A stretch of DNA of 64,000 bases from Chloroflexota bacterium (GCA_027623195.1 JAQBUT010000012.1:23582-87581), one strand, 5' to 3'; positions 21,012 to 30,927 are shown, counted from the first letter of the stretch. Numbers and translations are program-made. The notes: a model not told the origin generated them from the sequence alone.

Positions 21012-21039
21012 ACGATGATAAATACGGAGGTGAATTCCT

Positions 21040-22245
21040 TTGCAGTCAAAGACCTATGATGTCATAGCTATAGGTGGCGGACTGGGTGGCTCGGCCATTG
21101 CCCATGGTATGGCGAAGAGCGGCGCCAGCGTTCTGGTCCTTGAGGCCGAGCAGGATTACAAAGACCGTGTTCATGGCGAGTTGCTCACTCCCTGGGGGGT
21201 GGCCGAAGCCAAAGAATTAGGTGTATTTGACGCCATCATGGAGGGCGGAGGACATGAGCTACCCTGGTGGAACATATACATATACGACGACATGGTAGAG
21301 CACCGAGACCTATCCAGTACCACGAGGCAACTGCTTCCCAACGTGTCCTATTTCCATCCGGATATGCAGGAGGCCATGGTACAGTCGGCCAAGGATGCGG
21401 GGGCGGACGTGCTTCGTGGCGCCAGGGTAGTGAGGATGACGAACAATGGGACGCTCAGGGTGGTGGTAAGCGTTAAAGGTGTGGAAACGGAATACATCAC
21501 GAGGCTGGTGGTAGGAGCTGACGGCAGGGCGTCCATGTCCCGAAAATGGGGCGGCTTTCACGTAAATGAAGGCCTGGAGCAGAATATGATTTGCGGGGTC
21601 ATGTTCGAGAATATGGCCTTTCCCGACGACGCATCTCATATATGGCAGATACCTTCGCTGGGGCTCTTTGCGCCGGTGTTTCCGCAGGGGAACGGGAAGG
21701 CCCGTTCGTATCTGGTCTATCCAGCGACCTGGCCTTTTCGGCTGAGTGGAAAGGATTCGGTCCAGGAATTTATTAATTACGTGACCGACATGGGAGAGCC
21801 TTTGGCCTACTACTATAAGGCTGAACCTATAGGGCCTATGGCCACCTGGAGCGGCACACGACTATGGGTCGATCACCCATATCAGAAGGGCGTTGCATTG
21901 ATAGGTTCGGCGGCTTGCACCAGCGATCCGTCTTGGGGGCAGGGTATGGCCCTTGCTCTACGAGACGCGCGGGTGCTCCGTGATCATCTCCTGAAAAATG
22001 ACGATTGGGACGTTGCAGGGCATGCGTACGCCCAGGAACACGATCGCTACAGTGCAGTTAATAAGGAAGTAGAAATCTGGATGAACCAGTTGCATCTTGG
22101 AGTTGGGCCGGAGGCGGAAGCCATAAGGGAACAGGCTATGCCCAAGTGGAAAGTGCAGCCACCGAGAGCGGCTGACGTGCTGTTCAGCGGCCCGGATCTC
22201 GAGCTTACGGAAGAGGTCCGGAATGAGTTCTTCAACTTAGTCTAA
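21040..22245 (+). CDS. FAD-dependent monooxygenase/oxidoreductase (UbiH/PHBH-like)
   Basis: GGGLGG dinucleotide motif, VVGADG, PSWGQGM. The GD motif is altered to GSAA. Confidence 0.85.
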   Translation: MQSKTYDVIAIGGGLGGSAIAHGMAKSGASVLVLEAEQDYKDRVHGELLTPWGVAEAKELGVFDAIMEGGGHELPWWNIYIYDDMVEHRDLSSTTRQLLPNVSYFHPDMQEAMVQSAKDAGADVLRGARVVRMTNNGTLRVVVSVKGVETEYITRLVVGADGRASMSRKWGGFHVNEGLEQNMICGVMFENMAFPDDASHIWQIPSLGLFAPVFPQGNGKARSYLVYPATWPFRLSGKDSVQEFINYVTDMGEPLAYYYKAEPIGPMATWSGTRLWVDHPYQKGVALIGSAACTSDPSWGQGMALALRDARVLRDHLLKNDDWDVAGHAYAQEHDRYSAVNKEVEIWMNQLHLGVGPEAEAIREQAMPKWKVQPPRAADVLFSGPDLELTEEVRNEFFNLV

Positions 22246-22324
22246 ACAATCGAAGCTAATGGCAATTAGCAGTCAGCTTTTCCGTTCGAGGAGTGTAGCT
22301 GACTGCTGATTTCATGTGGCTAGT

Positions 22325-22693
22325 CTAGTCCGGGTAAACGGTGGTCTTGCTGTCGGGATGCGTCAAGGATATGTGTGAGAAGTCCTGGCCGTCTTGGGCG
22401 CCGTGCCAGTGCTTTTCACCGGCTGGAATCACGGCCGTGTCCCCCTGCTCGAACTTGACCTGTTCGCTCTCGTTTACCACGTAGCCTTTGCCGCTGAGGC
22501 CGAACAGGATCTGGTCGCTGGTGTGGACGTGGAAGTAATTCTTGGAGCCGTTGTAAAATGTCACCTGGTTGAAATTGAAATAACTGCTCATTCCTCCGCC
22601 GACGATGCTACGACCCTCTACTTTTCCGCCATAGAAAATAGGCGCGTCGGAGCGGTCCTCCGGCGTGTTCTGGTCCTTCTTGATTATTTCCAT
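22325..22693 (-). CDS. Cupin domain protein
   Basis: HVHTSDQ ... IPAGEKHWHGA. Confidence 0.9.
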   Translation of the reverse strand: MEIIKKDQNTPEDRSDAPIFYGGKVEGRSIVGGGMSSYFNFNQVTFYNGSKNYFHVHTSDQILFGLSGKGYVVNESEQVKFEQGDTAVIPAGEKHWHGAQDGQDFSHISLTHPDSKTTVYPD

Positions 22694-22715
22694 GTTTCCT
22701 CCTTCATATTCAGTC

Positions 22716-23702
22716 TTATAGTTCCAGTCTTGTGCCTACGCTGTTTTGGATGAACGCCTCTGGGAAGGCGGCAGCAATTGCATGCGTGGCGCGCCATCCT
22801 GTGCAGTGTCCCGGTATTATGAAATCTGGCGAGAATCCTCTGAGCGATTCTATTACAGAAGAAATAATCGGCTCAAACAGAGGGCCGTTAAGGTGAAAAC
22901 CACCTAACACCGCGTAAATTTTGTCTTCCCCAGTGATCTTCCTAGCGTATCTGATGATGTTCACTATACCAGCATGACCACATCCGGTCATCACCACCAG
23001 GCCTTTGTCCTTGACGTTTATAACCACGGCCTGGTCATCCAGTATCAGAGGGTCCGGCTGCCACTCGCCGTCGTGGAAGGCCTGGTGAATTTTGAATCCA
23101 GTTTCGAAATCGGTTGTGCGGTCAACTTCCCCCGTTACCAGAACCGAGCCATCCAGCAAAAACGACGGCTGGCGTTCCTCTATGATTTCGAACCCTGCGC
23201 CCCTTAACGCCGACTTGCTTGTAGACGGAATCTCTACGGGACTTCTTCCTGGCACCACCAGTCGCCGTCTGCTCCAGAACTCGGGGTGAATTAGCACTGG
23301 TAGTTTGGCGGTTCCGCCCAGTTCCTTAACAATACCGTCTATGCCGGTTGTGTGGTCGAAGTGGCCGTGGCTTAGAACGATAGCCTCGATATCTTTGGGC
23401 GAGAATTCCAGCCGGCGCATGTTGTCCACCACGCCGTCGGGGCTGATGCCCGTATCAAAAAGGACATTGCGGGTGCTTTCGTTTTTCGTGATGGAAATTA
23501 AGGCTGAGAAGCCGTGCTCTGCTTTTAACGCGTCGGCTATTGTGCCGCCCTCTAAAAACGCAGCACGTATGGGCTCTGCCTTGGAGCCGCTCAACGAAGG
23601 GCGTTTCGCCGGTCCCTGGTTCTGCAGCAGCATGTCACTGACGTTGTCTACAACAGAGGTGATACTTACGGAATCCACCGGTTCTAATGATATGGTTATC
23701 AA
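22716..23702 (-). CDS. MBL-fold metallo-hydrolase (AEHGFS/SHGHFDH family)
   Basis: AEHGFS, LFDTG, LSHGHFDHTTG, GCGHAG, GGFHL, PGHCTG. TTG start after GAGGGAG. Confidence 0.9.
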   Translation of the reverse strand: MITISLEPVDSVSITSVVDNVSDMLLQNQGPAKRPSLSGSKAEPIRAAFLEGGTIADALKAEHGFSALISITKNESTRNVLFDTGISPDGVVDNMRRLEFSPKDIEAIVLSHGHFDHTTGIDGIVKELGGTAKLPVLIHPEFWSRRRLVVPGRSPVEIPSTSKSALRGAGFEIIEERQPSFLLDGSVLVTGEVDRTTDFETGFKIHQAFHDGEWQPDPLILDDQAVVINVKDKGLVVMTGCGHAGIVNIIRYARKITGEDKIYAVLGGFHLNGPLFEPIISSVIESLRGFSPDFIIPGHCTGWRATHAIAAAFPEAFIQNSVGTRLEL

Positions 23703-23873
23703 TTGTTCTCTCCCTCGGCGAGGCCAGTATAAACGCGCTCGACAATAGGTGTCAAAATCGGTGAACGGACGGCTATAAGCCCGGAAACTTGCCTTAATGC
23801 AGACTGTATTGTATAAATGGTGCGGCAACTCAGCTTATTTAAATCGCTGGTAGGAGGATCATCACAAATACCT

Positions 23874-24851
23874 ATGAAAGCAGCAAGGATATCTAGTCCC
23901 AAGCAATTTGAAGTAATGGATGTAGAGATACCTACTATTGATACAGGTCAGTGTCTTATCAAGCTGGAGACGTGGTCGGCTTGCGGCAGTGACATTCGCC
24001 ACGCATACGGGCCAGTGCATGCGGAAGAGAACTATCCCATGAGGATAGGCGGCGCTTGCCACGAATGTGCAGGGACCATAGTGGAGAGCCGCTCTGATAA
24101 GTTCAAGGAAGGTCAGAGAGTCATCGTGTTGCCAACACGTGAAGGGCATGGCGGCTTGGTGGAGTACCTGCCTGGAGACGAGGGGCGCATGGCGCTGCTC
24201 CCGGATCACGGCGACGTCTCCGAGTGGGTGATGTGCCAGCCCTCAGGGACAGTGCTGTATTCGTGTCAGCAGATGGGCACAATTATCGGCCAGAACGTGC
24301 TTATTATGGGACAGGGCAGCATAGGCCTATCCTTCACGGCCATTGTCGCACGCTCGGGCGCCAAAAAGGTCATCGCCGTGGACCTGCTGGACAACAGGCT
24401 GGAATTCTCCAAGAAGTTCGGGGCCACGCACACCATCAACCCTAGCAAGGTGAACCTGGATGAGGCGGTAGCCGAGCTCACCGGCGGCATTGGCGCCGAC
24501 ATCACGGTAGAGGCCGGCGGTTACCCTGAAACGCTTGAGGGTGCACTAAGACTGGTGAAGAACCTTGGGAAGACCATTATCTTCGGTATTCAGGGAGGCG
24601 TTGCAGGACATCGCACGCCAATCGACACCAGCCTTTTCCTGCGCCGGGCACCCACGATTATCCCCACGCAGGGAGCCACCAGCGGTGACCCTATCACCCA
24701 CATCGAGAACATGATTGAGCTTCGAGAGCGGGGCTGGTGGGACCCCACCGAAATGGTAACGCACAGGATGCCATTCGACGACGTGCAGAAGGCATATGAC
24801 ATGTACGAGAACTACGATGACAACATTGTCAAGGTGCTGTTGTCGCTTTAG
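23874..24851 (+). CDS. Zn-binding medium-chain dehydrogenase (no structural Zn loop)
   Basis: CGSD, HE, GQGSIG, THRMPFDD. Confidence 0.88.
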   Translation: MKAARISSPKQFEVMDVEIPTIDTGQCLIKLETWSACGSDIRHAYGPVHAEENYPMRIGGACHECAGTIVESRSDKFKEGQRVIVLPTREGHGGLVEYLPGDEGRMALLPDHGDVSEWVMCQPSGTVLYSCQQMGTIIGQNVLIMGQGSIGLSFTAIVARSGAKKVIAVDLLDNRLEFSKKFGATHTINPSKVNLDEAVAELTGGIGADITVEAGGYPETLEGALRLVKNLGKTIIFGIQGGVAGHRTPIDTSLFLRRAPTIIPTQGATSGDPITHIENMIELRERGWWDPTEMVTHRMPFDDVQKAYDMYENYDDNIVKVLLSL

Positions 24852-24889
24852 TTGTCAGGCGGGTTATTTAGCTAAATTTCGCTAAGAAG

Positions 24890-24921
24890 AAGAGGGCTGG
24901 TCGCAAGACCAGCCCTTTTTT
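24890..24921 (+). terminator. Rho-independent terminator
   Basis: AGGGCTGGTC-GCAA-GACCAGCCCT followed by a T-run. Confidence 0.85.
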
Positions 24922-25255
24922 GATTTTCACGAAGCGTCGGGGAGTAGCTTTGGTTGTCCTTCTCATACCGAAGTTCTAAGGATATCCCGTGGTGACTTTC
25001 TAATATAGACGTACGTATCCGGAACGCTGTTCACCACCGGTCACTTTGCTTCACTCTTTCCGCACCAACTGTCAGCGAATTGGTACAGGGAATGCCCCTA
25101 TGTGTTCACGTTGGAATAATAAGCTGTGGTTAAGTGTTTCTTAGGCTAAGGTTATGCGTCCATTTTCCGGATGTATGGGAACACACCTTCTAAGGCCGGT
25201 GCTGATGAGATCAAAAAGGACGCGCCACGGGAAGATGCCCGCAAGGAGGTACGAC

Positions 25256-25375
25256 GTGAGCACAAGAGCAAAGACATTGATGGCACTGGGAGTGATAGCG
25301 CTCGCCTCTGTCATGACCTTTATTTCCGCTAATTGGCAAATTGTAGAAGCTGGTAGACGCTGGAGCAGCGACTAG
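25256..25375 (+). CDS. Small 39-aa hydrophobic/secreted peptide (MSTRAKTLMALGVIALASVMTFISANWQIVEAGRRWSSD)
   Basis: AAGGAGGT 5 nt before GTG. Basic N-terminus plus hydrophobic helix. Lies in an otherwise empty 590-bp gap. Confidence 0.55.
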   Translation: MSTRAKTLMALGVIALASVMTFISANWQIVEAGRRWSSD

Positions 25376-25443
25376 ACCCTCGCACCTATCATCAGCTCGG
25401 CCGCTCTAACCCTTTCATCCATAGCCCACAATCCCTGTAAGAG

Positions 25444-26409
25444 CTAGTCTACGGACTGCTTGGTCACGGCCTCTATCATCGCTTGTATGTACCCGTTTGC
25501 AAACGCCCGTCCACGATGGCCCCACTCGGTATCCTGGTGAGTGTGCGGCACATGGTCGTCAATGAAGAAGCTGTCGAACCCAACCTCGTGGTATATCTTC
25601 ATCGCCCGGTACATGTCTACGTAGCCAGTGTTGATAAACTCCTCATGGAATTTGGGGACCTGGCCTGATACATTTCTGAAGTGTACATACAGGATCTTCT
25701 TGCGCTCGCCAAAGTACCGTATCATTTCGTAAATGTCGTCCCCTTGCATCTCGGAGAACGTCCCCTGGCAGAACTCGATGGCGTTGCAGTCCGAAGGGAC
25801 TATCTCGACAAGACGCCTGTAGGAGTCGAAGCTCCTCAGCAACTGGGGTATGCCTCCGAGAGCCTCCACTGGCGGGTCGCAGGGATGTATGCCCAGGCGA
25901 ATGCCCTCCTCCTCAGCGACGGGAGTGATGATCTTGATCCAGTACTCCAGGTTGTCCCACATCTCCTCTTCCGTGTAGGCCCGGTCGTGGGTTAGCGGCA
26001 AGGCTTTGGCCTCCTCGTAATCGAAGGCGGTGGCAAGAGCGCCGCAGCGAATGACGGCGGGGGTCGTGCGCCAGACGTGGGAGGGCATCCAGTTGTAGCC
26101 GAAGATAGGAATGCCGGCGCGGGCGATGTTGCGTACGGTGTAGATCATGTTCTCGATCTGCTCGTCGCGGCGGGGGCCTGCCAGCATGATGTGGTCGTAG
26201 AAGCTGGTGGGAACGTTCTCGATTGCGGAAAGCTTGGGGCCGTGCTGTTCTACTGCTAGGCGCAACTTAACCAGGTCGTGCAACTCCCAGCGTCCACCAG
26301 CGCCAGGTAGATCGGGATTATTCAGAAGCACGTCAGTGGCGCCGTACTGACCCGCGAACCTCAGGTACTCTGGTGTGGCCTGTCTGAACTGCCCAAATCC
26401 TGCGCGCAT
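25444..26409 (-). CDS. uxuA: Mannonate dehydratase family protein
   Basis: GYNWMP, IHPCDPP, FCQGT, VHFRNV, DHVP. Confidence 0.85.
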   Translation of the reverse strand: MRAGFGQFRQATPEYLRFAGQYGATDVLLNNPDLPGAGGRWELHDLVKLRLAVEQHGPKLSAIENVPTSFYDHIMLAGPRRDEQIENMIYTVRNIARAGIPIFGYNWMPSHVWRTTPAVIRCGALATAFDYEEAKALPLTHDRAYTEEEMWDNLEYWIKIITPVAEEEGIRLGIHPCDPPVEALGGIPQLLRSFDSYRRLVEIVPSDCNAIEFCQGTFSEMQGDDIYEMIRYFGERKKILYVHFRNVSGQVPKFHEEFINTGYVDMYRAMKIYHEVGFDSFFIDDHVPHTHQDTEWGHRGRAFANGYIQAMIEAVTKQSVD

Positions 26410-26517
26410 GGTTTTCTCCTGATGGGGTTGATTTCTGTTGGTATGATAACATCATTTAATTGCACGATCGATCTGGAAAGTCGCGATGGCTAGCGTGGGT
26501 GCATAGGAAATTGAATC

Positions 26518-27369
26518 ATGGAAAAATCTGAGATGGCCCAAGAATTAGAAATTGTCACGACACCCACATTTGAGTGGCTGGCTGAAAATATCAAGACTTG
26601 TCGAAGCCGACTAGTCATAGGAAGTCCTTACATAAATGGTGGCCTCAAGCAGGTTATGAACCTCATTAATGAGGATGTGCCGAGAACGTTGGTTACCAGA
26701 ACCGACCTTCGGGACTTCGCTGTAGGGGCTTCAAATCTTCTCACTCTTTGTTCTCTATCGAGAGAAGGCGTAGATGTACGCACCCTTAGCGATATTCACG
26801 CCAAGGTATATGTCGTGGACGACTCGGTGGCATTGGTGACTTCAGCAAACGCGACTTTTTCAGGGCTCCATCGAAATAGGGAATGCGGATTGGCCACGCG
26901 TAATCCTCTTATGGCCAGAAGACTCGCGGAATCCGTTTTAAGTGGCTTCGGTGCTGAAAGGCCGCCCCGCAGGATGTCATTAAAGGACTTGGAAGGTCTG
27001 CATGATTCTCTCGAATCCGTCAAGGTCACGATGCCGGCACTCACAAAGTTTGAACATCAGGGAGATAGCGACTCTTTTGGTGAAGCGGAATTCAAAATCA
27101 CGGACATGACGAAATTGCTGCAAGGTTTTAGCGGGTGGCGGAGACTCACCTTGCGGGGAGTATTGCAGATGCCGGACAGTTTTTTTCGTATGGATGATAT
27201 TTTTGAAGCCTGCGCCTCCGACGCTGCCAAAGAATATCCTAAAAATCGCCATGTCCATGCGAAATTGCGTCAGCAGCTTCAGAACTTGCGCGAACATGGT
27301 ATCGTTGAATTTGTTGATAATAGAGGGCGATATAAACGCCTATTGGAAGGGGAGGCCTCTAAGGAATGA
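26518..27369 (+). CDS. PLD-family nuclease fused to a DpnI-like C-terminal winged-helix domain
   Basis: GSPYI, HAKVYVVD (HxKx4D) and TSAN. The C-terminus YPKNRHVHAKLRQQLQNLREHGIVEF..RGRY resembles the DpnI wH domain. Confidence 0.75.
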   Translation: MEKSEMAQELEIVTTPTFEWLAENIKTCRSRLVIGSPYINGGLKQVMNLINEDVPRTLVTRTDLRDFAVGASNLLTLCSLSREGVDVRTLSDIHAKVYVVDDSVALVTSANATFSGLHRNRECGLATRNPLMARRLAESVLSGFGAERPPRRMSLKDLEGLHDSLESVKVTMPALTKFEHQGDSDSFGEAEFKITDMTKLLQGFSGWRRLTLRGVLQMPDSFFRMDDIFEACASDAAKEYPKNRHVHAKLRQQLQNLREHGIVEFVDNRGRYKRLLEGEASKE

Positions 27370-27599
27370 TGGATCAAACGCTACGGCTCGAAGTAGATGT
27401 AAAGTTCTTTCAACTTGAAGAATCTGCCGAAGCGGAATCTCTGGCCAAGCAGATAGATGGCGCGGTTTATACTTGGAAGACCATTAGGACGGTAAATTGG
27501 CTGGAGCATGGATTCAGAAATGTTGACGCGCTCGGTCTCGTAGTGCTTCCGCGTTTACTACCCGATGAAATTCAGATGTCGGACGATCCTGAGGAGTAA
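27366..27599 (+). CDS. Small acidic hypothetical protein, translationally coupled to the PLD-wH gene
   Basis: ATGA overlap, upstream GGAGG/AAGGA, 77 aa. Confidence 0.55.
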   Translation: MMDQTLRLEVDVKFFQLEESAEAESLAKQIDGAVYTWKTIRTVNWLEHGFRNVDALGLVVLPRLLPDEIQMSDDPEE

Positions 27600-27644
27600 T
27601 GTGAAGCAATCAATTGTGAGAATTCGATTTTGTAGTTGGCTGGG

Positions 27645-28109
27645 TTAGCCCGCCTTCCAGAGCTTGCGTGTCCATGTCTCATTGTTCTCAAGTATCGCGA
27701 AGGCGACGCTTTCGATGTCGATGGAAAAGAGGTGGAACGGAGAGCCGTCTGCGGTGGGGTCCAAGCCCAACTTCTCAAAAAAGGCCTTTGCATATCGCTG
27801 CCGTAGATCGGGGTCCTGGATGTCTACGGCGCGGCCATATACCTTGAACTCGCCTTCGGTGCCGTCCTTGTTGGAGATGGTGTTGTGCACCGTACAGCGA
27901 GGGTCGCGCAGTAGGTCGAGGGCTTTGCGGGACTGCCACATCATGCCCAGATACAGGCGACCGCCTGTAATGAGGGGTTCGACAGGGCTAATACGTGGCC
28001 ACCCGTCTTTACGTAGTGTTGCGATGAGGACGAGGCCGGTGCGGTTGAAGCGCTCCTCGCCCAGGTTAGCCAGGTCTGGGTCGCTTTGCCAGAGTTCATC
28101 CCAGATCAT
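27645..28109 (-). CDS. Pyridoxamine-5'-phosphate-oxidase-like (split-barrel, possibly F420-dependent) protein
   Basis: IATLRKDGWPRISPVE, SRKALDLLRDPR. Confidence 0.85.
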   Translation of the reverse strand: MIWDELWQSDPDLANLGEERFNRTGLVLIATLRKDGWPRISPVEPLITGGRLYLGMMWQSRKALDLLRDPRCTVHNTISNKDGTEGEFKVYGRAVDIQDPDLRQRYAKAFFEKLGLDPTADGSPFHLFSIDIESVAFAILENNETWTRKLWKAG

Positions 28110-28183
28110 TGTTTCGTCCAGATGGCGACGCGAAGTGAGATGGGCCGGGTCGCATCGCATTCAGATTATGAATTAGCCGACCT

Positions 28184-28795
28184 TTACCCTAAAGCGATTC
28201 GAACCATGTTCTTTTCCAGCGCTGTGCCCAACTGGGTTGCAAGGTCCAGACGCTGATGATCTCCGTGGGTGCCCACAAAGGCGACCCCCAGCAGGCGACC
28301 CAGGCGAAAGTCGACGATAGTGACGGAGACCAGCTTGTCGTCTTCGTTGTGCAGCGCCTTTAACGCGACTGCTTCATCGAAGAACCCCTTAGGCTCAAGA
28401 CGCTCTACAGCCACCAGCTCCTGTTCGTTGTCTAGCTTGGTGCCAATGTTCTCCTCGAAGTCGTGAAGAAACACATCATGCATCCATGTGTGAACGGACT
28501 CAGGTGAGTCGAATAGGTGAACTACGGTGGCCGCCATGAAATTCGTGCCGTCACCTGACGTGGAAGAGCCGTTGAATTCGCGCATGTAGCCGTTAATCCG
28601 CCCGATCTTTTGGAAGCGTTTTGCGCTGCTCCCCGGAAAGCCCTGATCGGCCATCATCTTGTTCGTCAGAGGGCCCTCGCGTCCGACCTTGTAATCCTTG
28701 AATTCGGATAGCAAGTCCTTCTGCTCCAGAGCCATGCGCTCTAAATCTTCTTCAGCTACTTCGGATGTGGCACGTTCTAGTGAGGTTGTAGTCAA
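28184..28795 (-). CDS. Hypothetical protein
   Basis: 203-aa ORF, AGGAG RBS before TTG, host-like codon usage. Confidence 0.7.
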   Translation of the reverse strand: MTTTSLERATSEVAEEDLERMALEQKDLLSEFKDYKVGREGPLTNKMMADQGFPGSSAKRFQKIGRINGYMREFNGSSTSGDGTNFMAATVVHLFDSPESVHTWMHDVFLHDFEENIGTKLDNEQELVAVERLEPKGFFDEAVALKALHNEDDKLVSVTIVDFRLGRLLGVAFVGTHGDHQRLDLATQLGTALEKNMVRIALG

Positions 28796-28896
28796 ATAAT
28801 GTCTCCTGGAAACCTAGTAGTCTGTTACTGGATTACAAAGTCTTACATATATATGATAACGCAAACTAGCGACGCGGGCATGCCCTTGTGGCTAAT

Positions 28897-29943
28897 TTAG
28901 CCACAGACCATGGGGTAGACATGGAGACTTCGGGACATTTCCACTGGAATCTGACTGCCTTTCCAACTGTCGCCGCCGTCTTCGCTGGCGAAGAAGTGAC
29001 CGTAATTGGTGGTGCAGTAAATCCTATCAGGGACGGCTCGGTCGATGGCCACCTGGAACATTCGACCAGGAGGAGTACTGCCCAGATCCAGCCGCTCCCA
29101 GGTGTCTCCCAGGTCGCGGGTACGGAATACGGCTCCGGCCTCCTCGGTCCCTGCAGGCGCTCCGCCACCACCAGCGCCGGCCGCCAGGTAGATCGTCCTG
29201 GGATCGTCGGGCGCGACCGTTAGCCCACGGCAGTAGGAGCCGCCGGGGAACATCTCGCCGAACCGCATGTGCTCCCAGTGCCGGCCTCTGTCGGGGCTGC
29301 GGAACATGGCCACCTGGGCAATTATGAATACCATGCCCGGAGAGGCAGAGCTGACCTGGACGCCATGCAGGTCGACAGTGTGGTTATCCCTGTAAAGGCC
29401 ATCGGTGATGGAGTCCCAGCTCTCCCCGCCGTCGCGACTGGCCAGCAGGCCGCCCACCTCTATGGAGGCGTAAACGTCGTTGGCGTCGGATGGGTCCACG
29501 GCGATGCCAATTACGCGCTTGGCCAGAGGCGGCATGTATGTGGTTACGTCGGGATAGTGGATTCGGCTGGTGTCCGCCTGCTTCCAGCTCTCGCCTCCGT
29601 TGTACGAGGTGTAGATGGAACAGGGCTCGTAACCGGCGAATACGATGTCCGGGTTGCTCGGATGGAAAGCCAGGGACCACACGTCCTGCCTGGGGGTATT
29701 CAGGGCCTGCCAACTGTCTCCGCGGTCGTCGCTGCGGTAAACCCCGGATTGAGTGCCAGCGTAGACGGTGGCCGGATTATTCGGGTGTATGGCCAGGGCG
29801 CGCACCTGGGGATTATCCGGGAGGCCCTTGGCAATACTTTGCCAGTCCCCGCCGTTCATGCGCATCATACCGCCCTGGGCGAGGTTGTCCCCTTCGCCTC
29901 CCAGGCCGACGTATACGTAGGTTTGGTGATTGGCTGTGGTCAT
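28897..29943 (-). CDS. BNR/Asp-box beta-propeller protein
   Basis: Repeated SxDxGxSW Asp boxes (SDDRGDSW, SYNGGESW, SRDGGESW, SEDGGDSW). Confidence 0.85.
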   Translation of the reverse strand: MTTANHQTYVYVGLGGEGDNLAQGGMMRMNGGDWQSIAKGLPDNPQVRALAIHPNNPATVYAGTQSGVYRSDDRGDSWQALNTPRQDVWSLAFHPSNPDIVFAGYEPCSIYTSYNGGESWKQADTSRIHYPDVTTYMPPLAKRVIGIAVDPSDANDVYASIEVGGLLASRDGGESWDSITDGLYRDNHTVDLHGVQVSSASPGMVFIIAQVAMFRSPDRGRHWEHMRFGEMFPGGSYCRGLTVAPDDPRTIYLAAGAGGGGAPAGTEEAGAVFRTRDLGDTWERLDLGSTPPGRMFQVAIDRAVPDRIYCTTNYGHFFASEDGGDSWKGSQIPVEMSRSLHVYPMVCG

Positions 29944-29988
29944 TGCTGGCCTCCTTATTGCAAGCGTCGTAGGGGTAGTGGCTGTTGC

Positions 29989-30927
29989 TTAACCCTTCAA
30001 ACTCAAAGTCTGCTCTGGGAATAGCTCTTCGGGCTGGAAGGCTGTTGGTATTATCTTTTGGTCCACGTTGAACTGGATAAACTGCTCCAGCGTATGGCGC
30101 GTGCCCTCGAAATCATAAGGGATGGGGTCGCCACCCGCGATCCTTCCCATCTTGATCTGCTCCTCATCATGAGCGTTGGCCGGGCCTTGAGACTGCAGTC
30201 GGTCGATGTAGGGCTTCTTGGCATCTGCGAATAAAGAGAACAACTCTTCGGCCAACCAGGGCTCTGCGGCCAATAGCTCGTCCTTCACTACCAGCAGGTG
30301 GCTGATGGGGTAGATTCGGGTCTGGTTGTGCCAGGCCTTGTCGTCCTCATCGGCATTGGGGAAGAGAGGCCGGACTTTCGGCGAGTCGATAGGGCCTGCG
30401 CCGATGGCGGCGTCAACCTCTCCCGACAACAGCATCTCTGCGACGCTGTCCATTTCGGAGGAGATGACGTTGGGAGGATAAACGTACTCTGCCACATGCT
30501 CGTCGCCGGACAGCACCCAGGTTACGGAATCCAGGTCCAGGCCGTACTGGTCCTTGAGGATAGCCTTCGTCCATATGCCGGGTGTGAGGGTATAGCTTCG
30601 CAGTCCAATCCTCTTGCCAGCCAGGTCGGCAGGGGACTGAATGCCCGAGTCGACGTTTACGGCAACACCTCCGTGGTAGAAGGCGCGGGTTAGGAAGATG
30701 GGCAGTGCGGTGAAGGCTTTGCCGTGATGCTTGGCGCACAGGTAGGTGGAAAGCGCCATCTCTGCGACATCGAACTCCAGGCCGCGCACCATTCGACGAA
30801 AGATCATCGGTACAGGTGTGATCTCGACATGTTCCAGGTCGAATCTGTCGGACTTAACGGAGCCGTCCTTAAGGCCCTCGGTCTGACCGTAGTTGCCGAT
30901 GGCGGTTTTAAGCACGAGGCTTGGCAT
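29989..30927 (-). CDS. 4,5-dihydroxyphthalate decarboxylase-like / periplasmic-binding-fold protein
   Basis: FRRMVRGLEFDVAEMA, DLAGKRIG, IYPISHLLVVK. Confidence 0.75.
   Translation of the reverse strand: MPSLVLKTAIGNYGQTEGLKDGSVKSDRFDLEHVEITPVPMIFRRMVRGLEFDVAEMALSTYLCAKHHGKAFTALPIFLTRAFYHGGVAVNVDSGIQSPADLAGKRIGLRSYTLTPGIWTKAILKDQYGLDLDSVTWVLSGDEHVAEYVYPPNVISSEMDSVAEMLLSGEVDAAIGAGPIDSPKVRPLFPNADEDDKAWHNQTRIYPISHLLVVKDELLAAEPWLAEELFSLFADAKKPYIDRLQSQGPANAHDEEQIKMGRIAGGDPIPYDFEGTRHTLEQFIQFNVDQKIIPTAFQPEELFPEQTLSLKG

Noticed and set aside
25200..25245. CTGATGA suggesting a hammerhead ribozyme or fluoride riboswitch
   Set aside because: No downstream GAAA with stems II/III, and no upstream GGxGAUG element.
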